From Vicinamibacteria bacterium (GTDB lineage: Bacteria; Acidobacteriota; Vicinamibacteria; Marinacidobacterales; Marinacidobacteraceae): 64,000 nucleotides of DNA. Below the pieces are notes generated by a model that was not told the origin of the DNA, did not search any database, and saw nothing but the letters and a program-made list of their open reading frames with translations. Shown here piece after piece: positions 18,027 to 28,293 of this stretch (the stretch's first letter is position 1; each line of letters begins with the position of its first letter). The position numbers and the translations under genes were made by a program. The DNA lies in the NCBI GenBank assembly GCA_963668695.2, contig CAXXLQ010000004.1, positions 736,001 to 800,000 of the forward strand, in the 5' to 3' direction.

Positions 18027-19226
18027 ATGCCTGAGACGATGACCCGGCGGCAGGTTCTGCAGGGCGGCGCCTCCGCCGCCGTGCTGGGCGCCGCGGCCTG
18101 CGAAACCGAGTCCGAGCCCGGCCCGGCCCCGGCCCCGGAGGACGTGTACCTGCGGTTGGGAGTCCAGCCGGTGATCAACGGCATCGGCACCGTGACGGTC
18201 CTGGGCGGTTCCATCATGCCGCCCGAAGTCACGGACGCCATGGTTGCCGCTTCGCGCAACTTCGTGCCCCTGCGCGAACTCCAGGAGCGCGCGGGTGATC
18301 ACCTCGCCCGATTGATCGGGGTGCCCGCGGCCATGATCTCGTGCGGGGCCGCTTCCGCCATCACCAGCGGGACCGCGGCGGCGATCACCGGTGGCGACGA
18401 CGAGAAGCTGCAGATGCTCCCGGACACCGCGGGGATGAAGAACGAGGTGATCCAGCAGCGCGCCCACCGCACCGGATACCAGGCCCAGATGCGGCTGGTG
18501 GGAGCCGAAATCGTCTGGGTGGACACCCGGGAGGAACTCGAGGCGGCGATCAACGAGCGGACGGCCATGATGTTCTTCCTGAACTTCGCCGAGCCGCGGG
18601 GCGGGATCGGCCGCGCCGAGTGGATTGAGGTGGCGCGGGCGCACGGCGTGCCGACGATGAACGACGCCGCCGCGGACGTCCCGCCGCCCGAGCGGCTACA
18701 CACCTACGTCGAAGAGGGCTTCGACATGGTGATCTTCTCGGGCGGCAAGGGGCTGCTCGGCCCGCAAGCCTCGGGACTCCTGCTCGGGCGCCCCGACCTG
18801 ATCCAGGCGGCCCGCAAGGCGATCAGCCCGTTCGGCGGCATCGGCCGCGGCATGAAGGTCGGCAAGGAGGAGATCGCCGGTTTGGTGGCGGCGGTCGAGC
18901 GCTACCTCGCCTTCGATCACGAAGCGGAGAGGCGGGAACTCGACGCTCGAGCCGAGCTGGTTCTGCGAGTCCTGGGAGGCGCGGCCGGCCTCTCCTGCGA
19001 GACCCAAGTGCCGGAAATCGCCAACCATGTCCCCCACGTGGTCGTCAACTGGAGTGAGGGGGACCTGGGTCTCACGTCGCAAGAAGCGGTCGCGAAGCTT
19101 CTGGAGGGAGACCCTCCGGTCGCAGTCTCACGGACGGGAGAAGGTCAACTGCGCATCTCGATGTGGATGCTCCGCCCCGGTCAGGACGCAGTGGTCGCGG
19201 AACGCGTGAAGTCGCTCTTTGTTTGA
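18027..19226 (+). CDS. SelA-like PLP enzyme (DgaE/D-glucosaminate-6-phosphate ammonia-lyase family) with Tat lipoprotein signal
   Basis: TRRQVLQG...AAAC; LGVQPVIN..GT.T.LGGS, DAAA, FSGGKGL.GPQASG, IGRGMKVGKEEI.GL. Confidence 0.85.
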   Translation: MPETMTRRQVLQGGASAAVLGAAACETESEPGPAPAPEDVYLRLGVQPVINGIGTVTVLGGSIMPPEVTDAMVAASRNFVPLRELQERAGDHLARLIGVPAAMISCGAASAITSGTAAAITGGDDEKLQMLPDTAGMKNEVIQQRAHRTGYQAQMRLVGAEIVWVDTREELEAAINERTAMMFFLNFAEPRGGIGRAEWIEVARAHGVPTMNDAAADVPPPERLHTYVEEGFDMVIFSGGKGLLGPQASGLLLGRPDLIQAARKAISPFGGIGRGMKVGKEEIAGLVAAVERYLAFDHEAERRELDARAELVLRVLGGAAGLSCETQVPEIANHVPHVVVNWSEGDLGLTSQEAVAKLLEGDPPVAVSRTGEGQLRISMWMLRPGQDAVVAERVKSLFV

Positions 19227-19253
19227 GCGGGCCGGGAATCGCGGACTGAGCGG

Positions 19254-20759
19254 TTAACGCCCCGAAGTCCTCGCGATGAACCCGCCGACGTCCGCCCTCC
19301 ATTGGGGAAGGAGCGACTGTTCCACGTACATCATGTGGCCGGCGGCGAAGTCCGCCCGCTCGACGTTGGCCCGGAGATCCGCGGGTAGCCCCATGTGGTC
19401 CACCGACCAGACGGCAGCGAAGTAAGGAGTGGCCAGATCGTAGATCCCGTTGACCAATAGGACCTTCAGGTCCGGGTTGCGCTTCATGGCGCGGGCGAGG
19501 TCGGGAGCGACGTTCGGTGTTCCTCCGCCGCGGCCGAAGCTGCCCCCGCCGCCGAGGCGGCCCCAGTTCCAGTTCCGGGTGGCGCCGCTCGGCACGTACT
19601 CACGATCGCCGTCGTAGCCCAGTTCACCCCGGAGGTAGCTGTTGAACGCCGAGCTATAGGCCGAACTGATGGCGGTGGACTGGGGGTCGTGCGAGGGACG
19701 GCCGCCCAGTACGTCGCCGGCGGGACCAGTGAAACGTGCATCGAGCCGTCCCACGATGCGGCCCTCGTCGCGGAGCAGCTCGGCCTCGAAAGCGGGCGCG
19801 GTCACTCGGAGGTCGGATTTGTCGATGAAGTCCTTGCTGAGCCCGGTGTAGCGGTGCATCTGATCGATCACCCGGGCACGCTTTTCCGCATCCAGAGTCC
19901 CGCCGGCGAGGAGCGCGGTCGCGTACTCGTTCAGCGACCAGGCCTCGACTTCGGCCATGAAGGCCTCCAGATTGTCGGGGGAGCCGCCGGGAAGCCGATC
20001 CAGGTAGCGCGCGGTGATCGCGTACGACGGGAGGTTGACGATATAGGGAACGTCGTCGCCCGGCGCGAACTGGATCGTGTTGAACTGGAGGACGATCGAG
20101 ACCAGCACGATCCCGTTCAGGTCGATGTTGGCGCGCTGCAGGTGGCCGGCCAGCACCGCGGAGCGGGTGGTCCCGTAGCTTTCGCCGAGGAGGTAACGGG
20201 GCGAGTTCCAGCGGTCGTACTCGCTGAGGAAGCGCCTGACGAACTGGGCCAGGGAGCGGGCGTCCTCGTCGATCCCCCAGTACTCGGATCCCTCGACGCC
20301 CTCGAGCGGATGGCTGAACCCGGTGCCGATGGGATCCAGCATGACGATGTCGGCGATATCGAGGAAGGTGTAGGCGTTGTCCTCCAGCGGGTAGGGCGGG
20401 GCGCCTTGGGGTCCCACCTCGGGGGTGACGACCCGCCGCGGCCCCATGATGCCCATGTGCAGCCAGAAGGACGCCGACCCCGGTCCCCCGTTGTAGGCAA
20501 AGATGAGTGGCCGCTCGTGGGACGGGGCGCCGTTCGTGCGGAAGTAGGCGGTGTAGAAGAGCTTCGCCGCATCCGCGCCCTCGTCGTTCGTCAGGGTGGT
20601 GCTCGCAACCACCGCGTCGTACTCGACGGTCTCGCCATCCATCATGATCGAATGACTGCTCTCCCAGCGGGATTTCTCAGCGGATTCTCCGTTCTCCTGA
20701 CCGGCGGCCACCGCGGCAACGAGGAGCAGGGCGGCCGACCAAAGGACCTTCTTCAACAT
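19254..20759 (-). CDS. Secreted S10 serine carboxypeptidase
   Basis: Signal peptide; FAYNGGPGS, DPIGTGFS, GESYGT, GIYDLATP, GHMMY. Confidence 0.95.
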   Translation of the reverse strand: MLKKVLWSAALLLVAAVAAGQENGESAEKSRWESSHSIMMDGETVEYDAVVASTTLTNDEGADAAKLFYTAYFRTNGAPSHERPLIFAYNGGPGSASFWLHMGIMGPRRVVTPEVGPQGAPPYPLEDNAYTFLDIADIVMLDPIGTGFSHPLEGVEGSEYWGIDEDARSLAQFVRRFLSEYDRWNSPRYLLGESYGTTRSAVLAGHLQRANIDLNGIVLVSIVLQFNTIQFAPGDDVPYIVNLPSYAITARYLDRLPGGSPDNLEAFMAEVEAWSLNEYATALLAGGTLDAEKRARVIDQMHRYTGLSKDFIDKSDLRVTAPAFEAELLRDEGRIVGRLDARFTGPAGDVLGGRPSHDPQSTAISSAYSSAFNSYLRGELGYDGDREYVPSGATRNWNWGRLGGGGSFGRGGGTPNVAPDLARAMKRNPDLKVLLVNGIYDLATPYFAAVWSVDHMGLPADLRANVERADFAAGHMMYVEQSLLPQWRADVGGFIARTSGR

Positions 20760-20862
20760 CTTCTGAAACCTCTCGGGGAAAGGGAATGGCAGGGCTGGCG
20801 AGCATACGGGACGAACTCGGCGTTCCGGTAACGACGGCCTGAGCGGGCGCGTGGCCAACAGA

Positions 20863-20895
20863 AAGGGGAACCGCCCGCGACGGGCGGTTCCCCTT
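20863..20895 (-). terminator. Intrinsic terminator after TonB receptor 1
   Basis: AAGGGGAACCGCCCG-CGA-CGGGCGGTTCCCCTT perfect hairpin, T-rich tail on minus strand. Confidence 0.85.
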
Positions 20896-20912
20896 GAGAA
20901 AGGATCGGAAGC

Positions 20913-23755
20913 CTAGAACACGAAACCAGCGAGGAGCATCAGGCGGCGGGGTTCCACCCAGCTCGCGGGGATGAACTGCTCGCCGGGGTCCTCGAGCCGG
21001 AGGCTGGCATGCCCAATGCTGGCGGTGCTGTTCAGCGCGTTGTAGACGTAGGCATCCAGCTTCAACTGCACGTCGCCGATGTCGAAACGCTTGCCGATGC
21101 GAACGTCTGCCACCCAGAGCGTCGGGTGGCGGAGTCCTTCCCGGGATCCCGCGTTCTCCACAATGAAGTTCTGGGCCGGCTGCGTGGTGACGCCGGCGGC
21201 CCGCACCTGGCGCGAGAACGGCTTGCCGCTCTCAACGTTGCCGTTCAGCGCCAGCACAATGTCATAGGGCAGGAACACAACGGTCTGCAGCCGGAACATG
21301 TGCGGGCGGTCGGCCTGGAGACGCTGGTAGGCGTTCATGTAGGAATTGGGATCCTGGCCCGTACTGCTCCCGTAGAACGGATTGTTCTGGGATTGGAACC
21401 ACGGACGCGGAATCAGACCTTCCGATTTCGAGTAGGTGTAAGACCCCTGGAGGTTCCAGAGGCCGGCATCCCGGGCGTTGAAGTGAAGGATGACGCCGTC
21501 ATACGTCTGTTCGTAGGTGTCCGCCGCACCCGGGAAGTCGCCCGGGTCGTTGCCCTTGACCAAGGTTGGCTGCTCCACCTGATTGAGCAGGGTGATCGGC
21601 GCCCCGGTGTAGGGATCGGCCCACTGGATGGATTCGTACTGCCCGCCCAGAATGGACCAGCCCACCATGCGGTCGGTGTATTTGTGCACGTACTGCACTC
21701 CGACCGACATGTTGTTGCCGATCTCGCGCTCATAGGCCGCGGTGTAGTGGTAGGAACGGGGCGCCAACAGGTTGTCCGGTTGCGCCAATTCATCAACCGT
21801 CGTCGCGAACAGGAGGTCACCGAGGGTGCCGTCGTCATTAAGCGCGTATTGTTGCCACGGGGTAACCCCGGGCGCCGGCGCGTCCCAGTTGCCGATGACG
21901 TTCTGGTCGTAGTGGACCCCGAAGAAGCCCTTGATGGCTGAGCGCCCCTCGTCGTCCGGACGGAAGGTGAAACCGATACGTGGGCTGATCAGGTTCCATT
22001 TCGCGATTCCCGGAGTTCCGGGGGCGTTTCCCGGAACGGACACCGCGTTGACGGCGGTGAACTCGGTTTCCTGGCCGGAATCGGGCACCCCGAGGAGCTC
22101 GTACTCGGGAATGTCTCCTCTATTCAGATCCAGCCGGAGGCCGAGGTTCAGGGTAAGCCGATCGTTGACGGTAACGGTGTCATCGATGAAGAAACCGCGG
22201 TCGTTGGAGATGCCTCCGTAGCGGTAGGGCTCCTGGATGACCTGGTAGAGGTAGCCGCCCGACTGGTACTGATAGGCGCTGTTGGGCCCCGCAGCCACCG
22301 CGGTCTCCGCCACGCCCCGGGCGATCTGGACACCGAAGCGGAATTCGTGCTGCGCGCCGAGGAAATCGTCCGCGTAGTGGGTCACCTTCGCATTGAACTG
22401 ATTGCTCCAGGTCCGGTAGTCCCACGGATAGGAGATGCCGCCCTCGTAGGTGGTCGTAGGCTCCGCGTCATAGTGATGAAGGGCATGTCGAAGCTGCCGG
22501 TAGGCGAGTCGTGGATGTCGCTCGCCGACCACTGGGAATACCGCGCTTCGAAGATCGTGGTGTCCGAAATCGTGCTGGTCAGGCCCGCGGCGAAAGTGAC
22601 CGTGGCGCCCCGCTCGACGAAAGCCGCCGAGGCCGAAACGTTCGGCGAACTGCCCCCGATCCCCGCCCAGTCCTCGAGGTGGGTGTTGATGAAGACTTCG
22701 TGGCGATCGCTGAGCTTCGTGGTGAGCTTCAGCGTGACCTTGTCGTTTTCGCCGCGGTCGGCGGTGGCGGCCGTCGGGTCGTTGCCCGCCTCCCAGGAAC
22801 TGTCACGCGAGTACTGGCCGCCCACCATGAACCACATCCGCTCCCGGATGACGGGACCGCCGAGGGTGAGCGTGATGTCCTGGAAATTGTCCCGCTGGAA
22901 GGCGAACGCGTTGGGGCTTCCCTCCGTGGCCGGAGCGCCGGTGTCCGCATCCGCGTAGATCTCCGGGAAGGTGAGGCCGTCGCTCTGGTAGAAGTAGTTG
23001 CCGCTGCCGCTGAACGTGTCGCCGCCCTTCTTGGTGACGATGTTGAAGGTGCCTCCGGTGGCGTTCCCGAACTCGGCCGGGGCGCCGATCCCGATGATCT
23101 CGACTTCCTCGATCATGTCCACGTTCGGGTCTCCCCAGGAAGAACCCGTCTCGGGCGCACTCGTCTCGACGCCATCGATGTTCCAGGAGTTCGACTGCTG
23201 GTTCGAGCCGAAGGCGACCGCGCGGTCTCCGCCCCCGCCGCTGTTCACCTGGGTGATTCCCGGAGAGATGTGGATGTAGTCGTAGAAGTTCCGCTCCGTT
23301 GGCAGCTCTTCAACGAGCTCAGAGTTGAAGGTGGTGATCGAGGCGTTCGAACTCACGTCCAGAAGCGGGGCCTCCGCTACTACTAGCACCGTTTCCGTCA
23401 CGGTGGACAGTCTCAGCCTGGCATCCAGGGTTGCGGTGGTGTTCTGGCCGACTCGCGCGCCTTCGAATCGAATGGTGTCGAAACCGCCGAGCCCGACCTC
23501 CACCGCGTATTCCCCAGCGGGAAGGCCAGGGAAGCGGAACACGCCCGACTGGTTCGTGACGGTCGTGCGCGAGCCGCCGATGATCGCGTCACTCAGAACG
23601 GTCGCAGTCGCGCCGGGGACCACGGCGCCGGTGTCGTCGGTCACGGTGCCCCGGATCAGACCGTTGTCCTGCGCAAGGGAAGCCGCCGGCAGCGTCAGCG
23701 CGAGGATCAGGAGCGCGAGCGTTGCCGACCGCGGGAAGCGGAGGCGATGAGTCAT
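20913..23755 (-). pseudogene. Oar-like TonB-dependent receptor 1, split by a 1-bp frameshift near 22475
   Basis: Signal peptide, carboxypeptidase-regulatory-like domain and plug in one ORF; beta-barrel ending in F in another frame; reading DMPFI[D]YDAE is restored by one added base. Confidence 0.85.
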
Positions 23756-24015
23756 GAGCTTCTCCCTGGAGAATCTCCGGAAATCCGGTTCACGGGATTC
23801 GGAATCATGGATTGAAGCAGGAGATTCTGCTTCAAATGGCCCGGTTTTTCCACGGTTTGCCCTATCCAGAGACTTGGAGCCGCACCGGGAGCCATCACGT
23901 AGAGCAACGAGAGTGCCGTACCGGGGAACCGGATGGCATCGGCGCTCTCCGCGCAGTGGCGAGGGGGAATTCCGCTCCCCGGCGGGGAGCGATGCCGGTG
24001 TGAACACCGGAGCTC

Positions 24016-25593
24016 CTAGCCTCCTGCGGGGGCTTCCTCACAGCGCGGCGCGGTGAGGACGGCGCGCGCGGCGTAGCGATCGGCCTCTTCGGTTTCTCCG
24101 GTGGTTCGCGCCACCCGGGCTGTCATGGCCAGAGTTTCGGGATCGAAAGGGCGGAGGGTGAGCGAGCGGTCGAGAGCGGACAGCGCCTCGCTGTGACGGC
24201 CGAGCGCTTCAAGCGCGCCGCCGAGTTCGGCGAGGTCGGCGGCGAACTCCGGCGAGCTTGCGTCCCGGCCCCGCACGACGGCCTCCAAGAGCCGAACGGT
24301 CTCGGCCAGATCGCCTGCGGCAGCCGCCTCGCGGGCCTGCCGGCGCTGAATCTCCGCCGCGTTTGCGCGTTCCCACGCCGCCGCCTCCGCGGCCTTGACC
24401 GCCTCCAGGCGGGCCAGCACCACGTCCGCAGCGGCATCCCCGGTTCTCCGCAGTGCGGCGTGGAGGGTAGTGAGGATCGCGGCGTGATTCGGGTTCTCGG
24501 CTACCAGGCTGGTGAGTTCGTGGGCCGCCACGTCTGCCCGACCCTCACGCAGGTGCGCCTTCGCCAGGGTGAACCGGGTGTTCAGGGCATCGGGACGCCG
24601 CGCGGCGCGGTCCTGAAGTAGCGCCAGCAACTCCGGATCTCCGCCCGCGACGATCGCATCGAGCGCCACGCTCGCCACCTCGCCGGCGACCGCCGGATCG
24701 AGACGCAGCGCTTCCCGATAGGCGTCCAGGGAGGCATCCATGTCCAGGCGGAAAGCGCGCAGGCGGCCCAGAGTCATCCAGAGCGCGGGGTCGTCCCGAA
24801 GTCCGGAAGCGAGCGCCGCCTCGGCCGCCGCGAGGGCTCCCTCGGGATCTTCCCCGGCGGATGTCCAGGCAACCAGAAAGAGGGATTGGGGGTCGCCGGG
24901 GGAGAGTTCCGCGACTCGCTCGGCCGCGCAACGCGCGAGTTCCGGAATCTCGCCTTCGTGGGCGCCGAGCGACAGTGCGATCCACGGCCCGGGCCGCCCC
25001 AAACCCTTCGTTAGCGCCCTTCTGGCTGCCTCGAGACTGATTTCGATGAGACGCTTGAAGGATTCCCCGCGCGGGGCCCCGGGTCCGCGCTCTCGGACCG
25101 CCAATCGTCGCGCGAAGTTGGAACGACCCAGCAGAGCGGGCAAATAGTCCGGCGCAAACCGGAGCGCGTGGCCGGTCGCCTCCAGTGCTGCTTCAAGGCG
25201 GTCGCTCGCTCCGAGCGCTTCCGAATAGAGAGCCCAGGCGAGCCCCGGGCGCTGCACAGGAACGGCTCCGGCCGGAGCGTCGGGGCCGTAGGAAGCGACC
25301 GCGGCCTCCAGATGGTCGGCGGCGACTTCCCATTCGCCCCGCTCGACGGCGAGCGCTCCGAGCTGGAAACGCGCCGGGCCGTGGTGCGGCACCTCGTCCA
25401 CGACGGAGAGGAGGATCGGGATTGCCCGGTCCGCCTCCTCGGCGGCGAGGAGGGCGACGGCCCGTTCCATCCGAACCCGCACCCGGGTGTCCTTACCGGT
25501 CTGCGCCGGTGCATTCGACGCCGCGACGGCCACGAACAGAATCAGCGGGGATCGGGCCACCCGCCGGCTGAACGTTGTGGGGCGACGCATCAT
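24016..25593 (-). CDS. Secreted tetratricopeptide repeat protein
   Basis: Ala/Leu-rich TPR motifs (LGRL...A...YREALRLDP); ATGA overlap with upstream gene. Confidence 0.85.
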   Translation of the reverse strand: MMRRPTTFSRRVARSPLILFVAVAASNAPAQTGKDTRVRVRMERAVALLAAEEADRAIPILLSVVDEVPHHGPARFQLGALAVERGEWEVAADHLEAAVASYGPDAPAGAVPVQRPGLAWALYSEALGASDRLEAALEATGHALRFAPDYLPALLGRSNFARRLAVRERGPGAPRGESFKRLIEISLEAARRALTKGLGRPGPWIALSLGAHEGEIPELARCAAERVAELSPGDPQSLFLVAWTSAGEDPEGALAAAEAALASGLRDDPALWMTLGRLRAFRLDMDASLDAYREALRLDPAVAGEVASVALDAIVAGGDPELLALLQDRAARRPDALNTRFTLAKAHLREGRADVAAHELTSLVAENPNHAAILTTLHAALRRTGDAAADVVLARLEAVKAAEAAAWERANAAEIQRRQAREAAAAGDLAETVRLLEAVVRGRDASSPEFAADLAELGGALEALGRHSEALSALDRSLTLRPFDPETLAMTARVARTTGETEEADRYAARAVLTAPRCEEAPAGG

Positions 25594-27260
25594 GGCGCAG
25601 GGAGCGGGATCGGGGCGCCGCCGCGACGCACCAGCCAGGTCGTGTTGGGGGAGAGCCCCGTGTAGGTTTCGGTAGCACCCTCCGGCCAGCGAACCTCCAC
25701 CGACATCGGCGCGGGCCGGGCAAGCGAACCGAGGCCGAAGTGAACGGTGCGCTCGCTGTCGGAGGCGTAGCTGCCGCCGGCGCGCACCCGGCGGGATTGC
25801 GCCGCTCCGAAACCGGTCACCGCAATCCTCGCTCCGAGGCCGTCCCGATTTCCTTCCGGGTCGACCAATCGGAACCTGATCCAGGAACCGTCCGCGGGTT
25901 CCGCACGGCGCCAGAGGGTCGGCCCGTCGTCCTGGTTCGCGACCGCGATCTCCCACGTCCCGTCGGCTTCGAGATCGAGCAGCGCCATTCCCCGGGACGA
26001 GCGGATCGGGGGGCCGAGGTCCTCAGCCTCGTAGGACGGGCCTTCGCGCCGGAACAACTGGTCCGGCTGCCCATAGGTCTCGCCGAGGGCGGGGTCGTCC
26101 ACCACTTGCGGATAGAGGTGGCCATTGGCGAAAGCGACGTCCAGATCGCCGTCATTCTCGGCATCGAAGAACAAGGCTCCCCAACCCAGCGGACGGAAGG
26201 TCGCGGTTGCGATACCGGTCCCCACGGCGTCCTCCAGGAAGAGTGAGGGAGCGACTCCAACATAGAACGCATAGTGATCGTGGGCGAAATTCGTGACCAC
26301 CAGATCCGGAAACCCGTCCTCGTCCGCATCCGCGGCAGCCACCCCCATACTGCCCTGGGTCGCGCCGTCAGCGCTCAGTGCGACTCCAGTGAGAAGTCCG
26401 GCGTCCCGAAAGATTCCGCCGCGGTTTTCGAGCATTGCATTCGGCCCGCTGTCGTTCGCCACGAAGATGTCCTGATCGCCGTCCTTGTCGAAGTCGAGCG
26501 CTACCACTCCCATGGAATAGCGCGCCGGCACGTCACCGACCCCGGAGGTGCTCGTCGCGTCCTCGAAAGTGCCGTCTCCGCGCCCTCTGAAGTAGCGGTT
26601 GGTCTCCGGAACCAGACCGCGCGGGCCGTCGAGCACCGGCACCCTCCCCCGCCAGCGCCGGGTGCGCAGGCCGGCGCGGATGTCCGGTTCGCTGGTCTCG
26701 ATGTAGTTGGTAACGAAGAGATCGACCGTCCGATCCCCGTCGCCGTCCAGGAAGACGGCACCGATGCCCCAGCCGGGGTCCGCTACGCCGGCGCTTTGCG
26801 CGATCTCGGAAAACGTGCCGTCTCCGTTGTTGCGAAAGAGCAGATTGGGACCCAGCGCCGTAACGTAGAGATCGGGCAAGCCGTCCGCATCGATGTCGGC
26901 GCTCACCGCTCCCTGGCCGTAAATCCCGGTCGCCACCCCCGCTGCTTCCGTGACGTCGGTAAACCGCCCGTCACCGCCATTGCGGTACAGCGCCCCCGAG
27001 CGGGAGCGCCACGCACCGTTCGGGTCTTCCCAGGTGGGAGCGTTCGGGAAGTAGAGATCGGGCAGGCCGTCCTGGTCGTAGTCAAGAACCGCGACCCCGG
27101 TCCCGGTGGACTCGGCGATGTGATTCTTCTCGGGCCCTCCGGTCCCGGTCACCACGACCAGGCCAGCCTCTGCGGCGATGTCCCGGTAGTCCTGGGCCGC
27201 AATCCCCAAAGGGGCGCACCAGGCAATGGAGGAGACGGGAACGAGCACCGCGACCCACAT
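25590..27260 (-). CDS. CRTAC1 family FG-GAP/ASPIC-UnbV repeat protein
   Basis: Repeated D.D.DG..DL motifs, LYRN.GDG.F.DVT, C-terminal GGSYAS.S...HFGLG..V.WP.G. Confidence 0.95.
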   Translation of the reverse strand: MWVAVLVPVSSIAWCAPLGIAAQDYRDIAAEAGLVVVTGTGGPEKNHIAESTGTGVAVLDYDQDGLPDLYFPNAPTWEDPNGAWRSRSGALYRNGGDGRFTDVTEAAGVATGIYGQGAVSADIDADGLPDLYVTALGPNLLFRNNGDGTFSEIAQSAGVADPGWGIGAVFLDGDGDRTVDLFVTNYIETSEPDIRAGLRTRRWRGRVPVLDGPRGLVPETNRYFRGRGDGTFEDATSTSGVGDVPARYSMGVVALDFDKDGDQDIFVANDSGPNAMLENRGGIFRDAGLLTGVALSADGATQGSMGVAAADADEDGFPDLVVTNFAHDHYAFYVGVAPSLFLEDAVGTGIATATFRPLGWGALFFDAENDGDLDVAFANGHLYPQVVDDPALGETYGQPDQLFRREGPSYEAEDLGPPIRSSRGMALLDLEADGTWEIAVANQDDGPTLWRRAEPADGSWIRFRLVDPEGNRDGLGARIAVTGFGAAQSRRVRAGGSYASDSERTVHFGLGSLARPAPMSVEVRWPEGATETYTGLSPNTTWLVRRGGAPIPLPAP

Positions 27261-27294
27261 CAAGATCCGCCCCCACGCCCCGGAGGGGGGAAGC

Positions 27295-28293
27295 TCAGTC
27301 CCGGGGCGCCGGCTGATCGTGACCCAGAACCGGGTGCGGGATGTAGGGCGCTTCCAGCGCCGCAATCGTTTCCTCATCGAGCGTCAGGTCCACGGCGGCG
27401 GCGAGTTCCTCCATCTGGTCGATGCGGGTCGTCCCTACGATCGCCGCATCCACTCCCGGCACCGACAGGAGCCAGGCGAGAGCGACCTTCGCCGGTTTCT
27501 CTCCGAGCCGGGTGGAAACCTCGAGCAAGGTGTCCAACACCTTGAAGTCGGCTTCCTCGTAGTACAACCGGTCGGCATAGGGATCGTCCTTCGCGCGGGG
27601 TGTCGGGTCGCGTCGCGTCCGGGTCCGGTTTCCCGCCAGGAACCCCCTTGCGAGCGGACTCCACGGGATCAGCCCGACACCCTGATCGAGGCAGAGGGGG
27701 ACCATCTCGCGTTCCTCTTCGCGGTAGACGAGATTCAGGTGGTTCTGCATCGAGACGAACCGGGACGCTCCCATGGAGTCCGCGGTGAAGAGCATCGTGG
27801 CGAATTCCCAGGCGGCCATGCTGCTCGCGCCGAGGTAGCGCACCTTTCCGGCCGTCACCAGCGAATCGAGCGCCTCGATGGTCTCCTCGATCGGGGTTTC
27901 GTGATCGAACCGGTGGATCTGATAGAGGTCGATGTAGTCGAGGCCGAGCCGCTGAAGCGAGGCGTCGCACGCCGCGAGGATGTGCTTTCGGGAAAGCCCG
28001 CCCCGGTTCGGACCCTTGGCCACCGGGAAGTACACCTTGCTGGCCAGGACGTAGTCCTCACGGCTCGCCATTTCGCGAAGCAGTTTCCCGGTGACTTCCT
28101 CGCTCGCGCCCCGGGAATACATGTCTGCGGTGTCGAAGAAATTGATTCCGAGGTCCAATGCCTTCCGGAAATGATCCCGGGCCGCCTCTTCCTCGAGGAT
28201 CCAGGAGCGCCAGTTGGGATCGCCATAGGTCATGCAGCCGAGCGAGAGCCGACTGACTTCAAGCCCGGTCGTGCCAAGTCGGACGGTCTTCAT
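27295..28293 (-). CDS. Aldo/keto reductase (YajO-like)
   Basis: GLEVSRLSLGCM, GINFFDTADMY, DYIDLYQIHRFD, GKVRYLGAS, PWSPLARG. Confidence 0.95.
   Translation of the reverse strand: MKTVRLGTTGLEVSRLSLGCMTYGDPNWRSWILEEEAARDHFRKALDLGINFFDTADMYSRGASEEVTGKLLREMASREDYVLASKVYFPVAKGPNRGGLSRKHILAACDASLQRLGLDYIDLYQIHRFDHETPIEETIEALDSLVTAGKVRYLGASSMAAWEFATMLFTADSMGASRFVSMQNHLNLVYREEEREMVPLCLDQGVGLIPWSPLARGFLAGNRTRTRRDPTPRAKDDPYADRLYYEEADFKVLDTLLEVSTRLGEKPAKVALAWLLSVPGVDAAIVGTTRIDQMEELAAAVDLTLDEETIAALEAPYIPHPVLGHDQPAPRD

Noticed and set aside
18027-19226. selA (selenocysteine synthase)
   Set aside because: Lacks the N-terminal tRNA-binding domain, carries an export signal, and no selB/selC/selD is nearby.
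23835-23875. c-di-GMP-I riboswitch (GGGCAAACC...GAAA...GGG on minus strand)
   Set aside because: The stem around GAAA pairs poorly and the downstream CGCAAAGC and P3 elements are missing.
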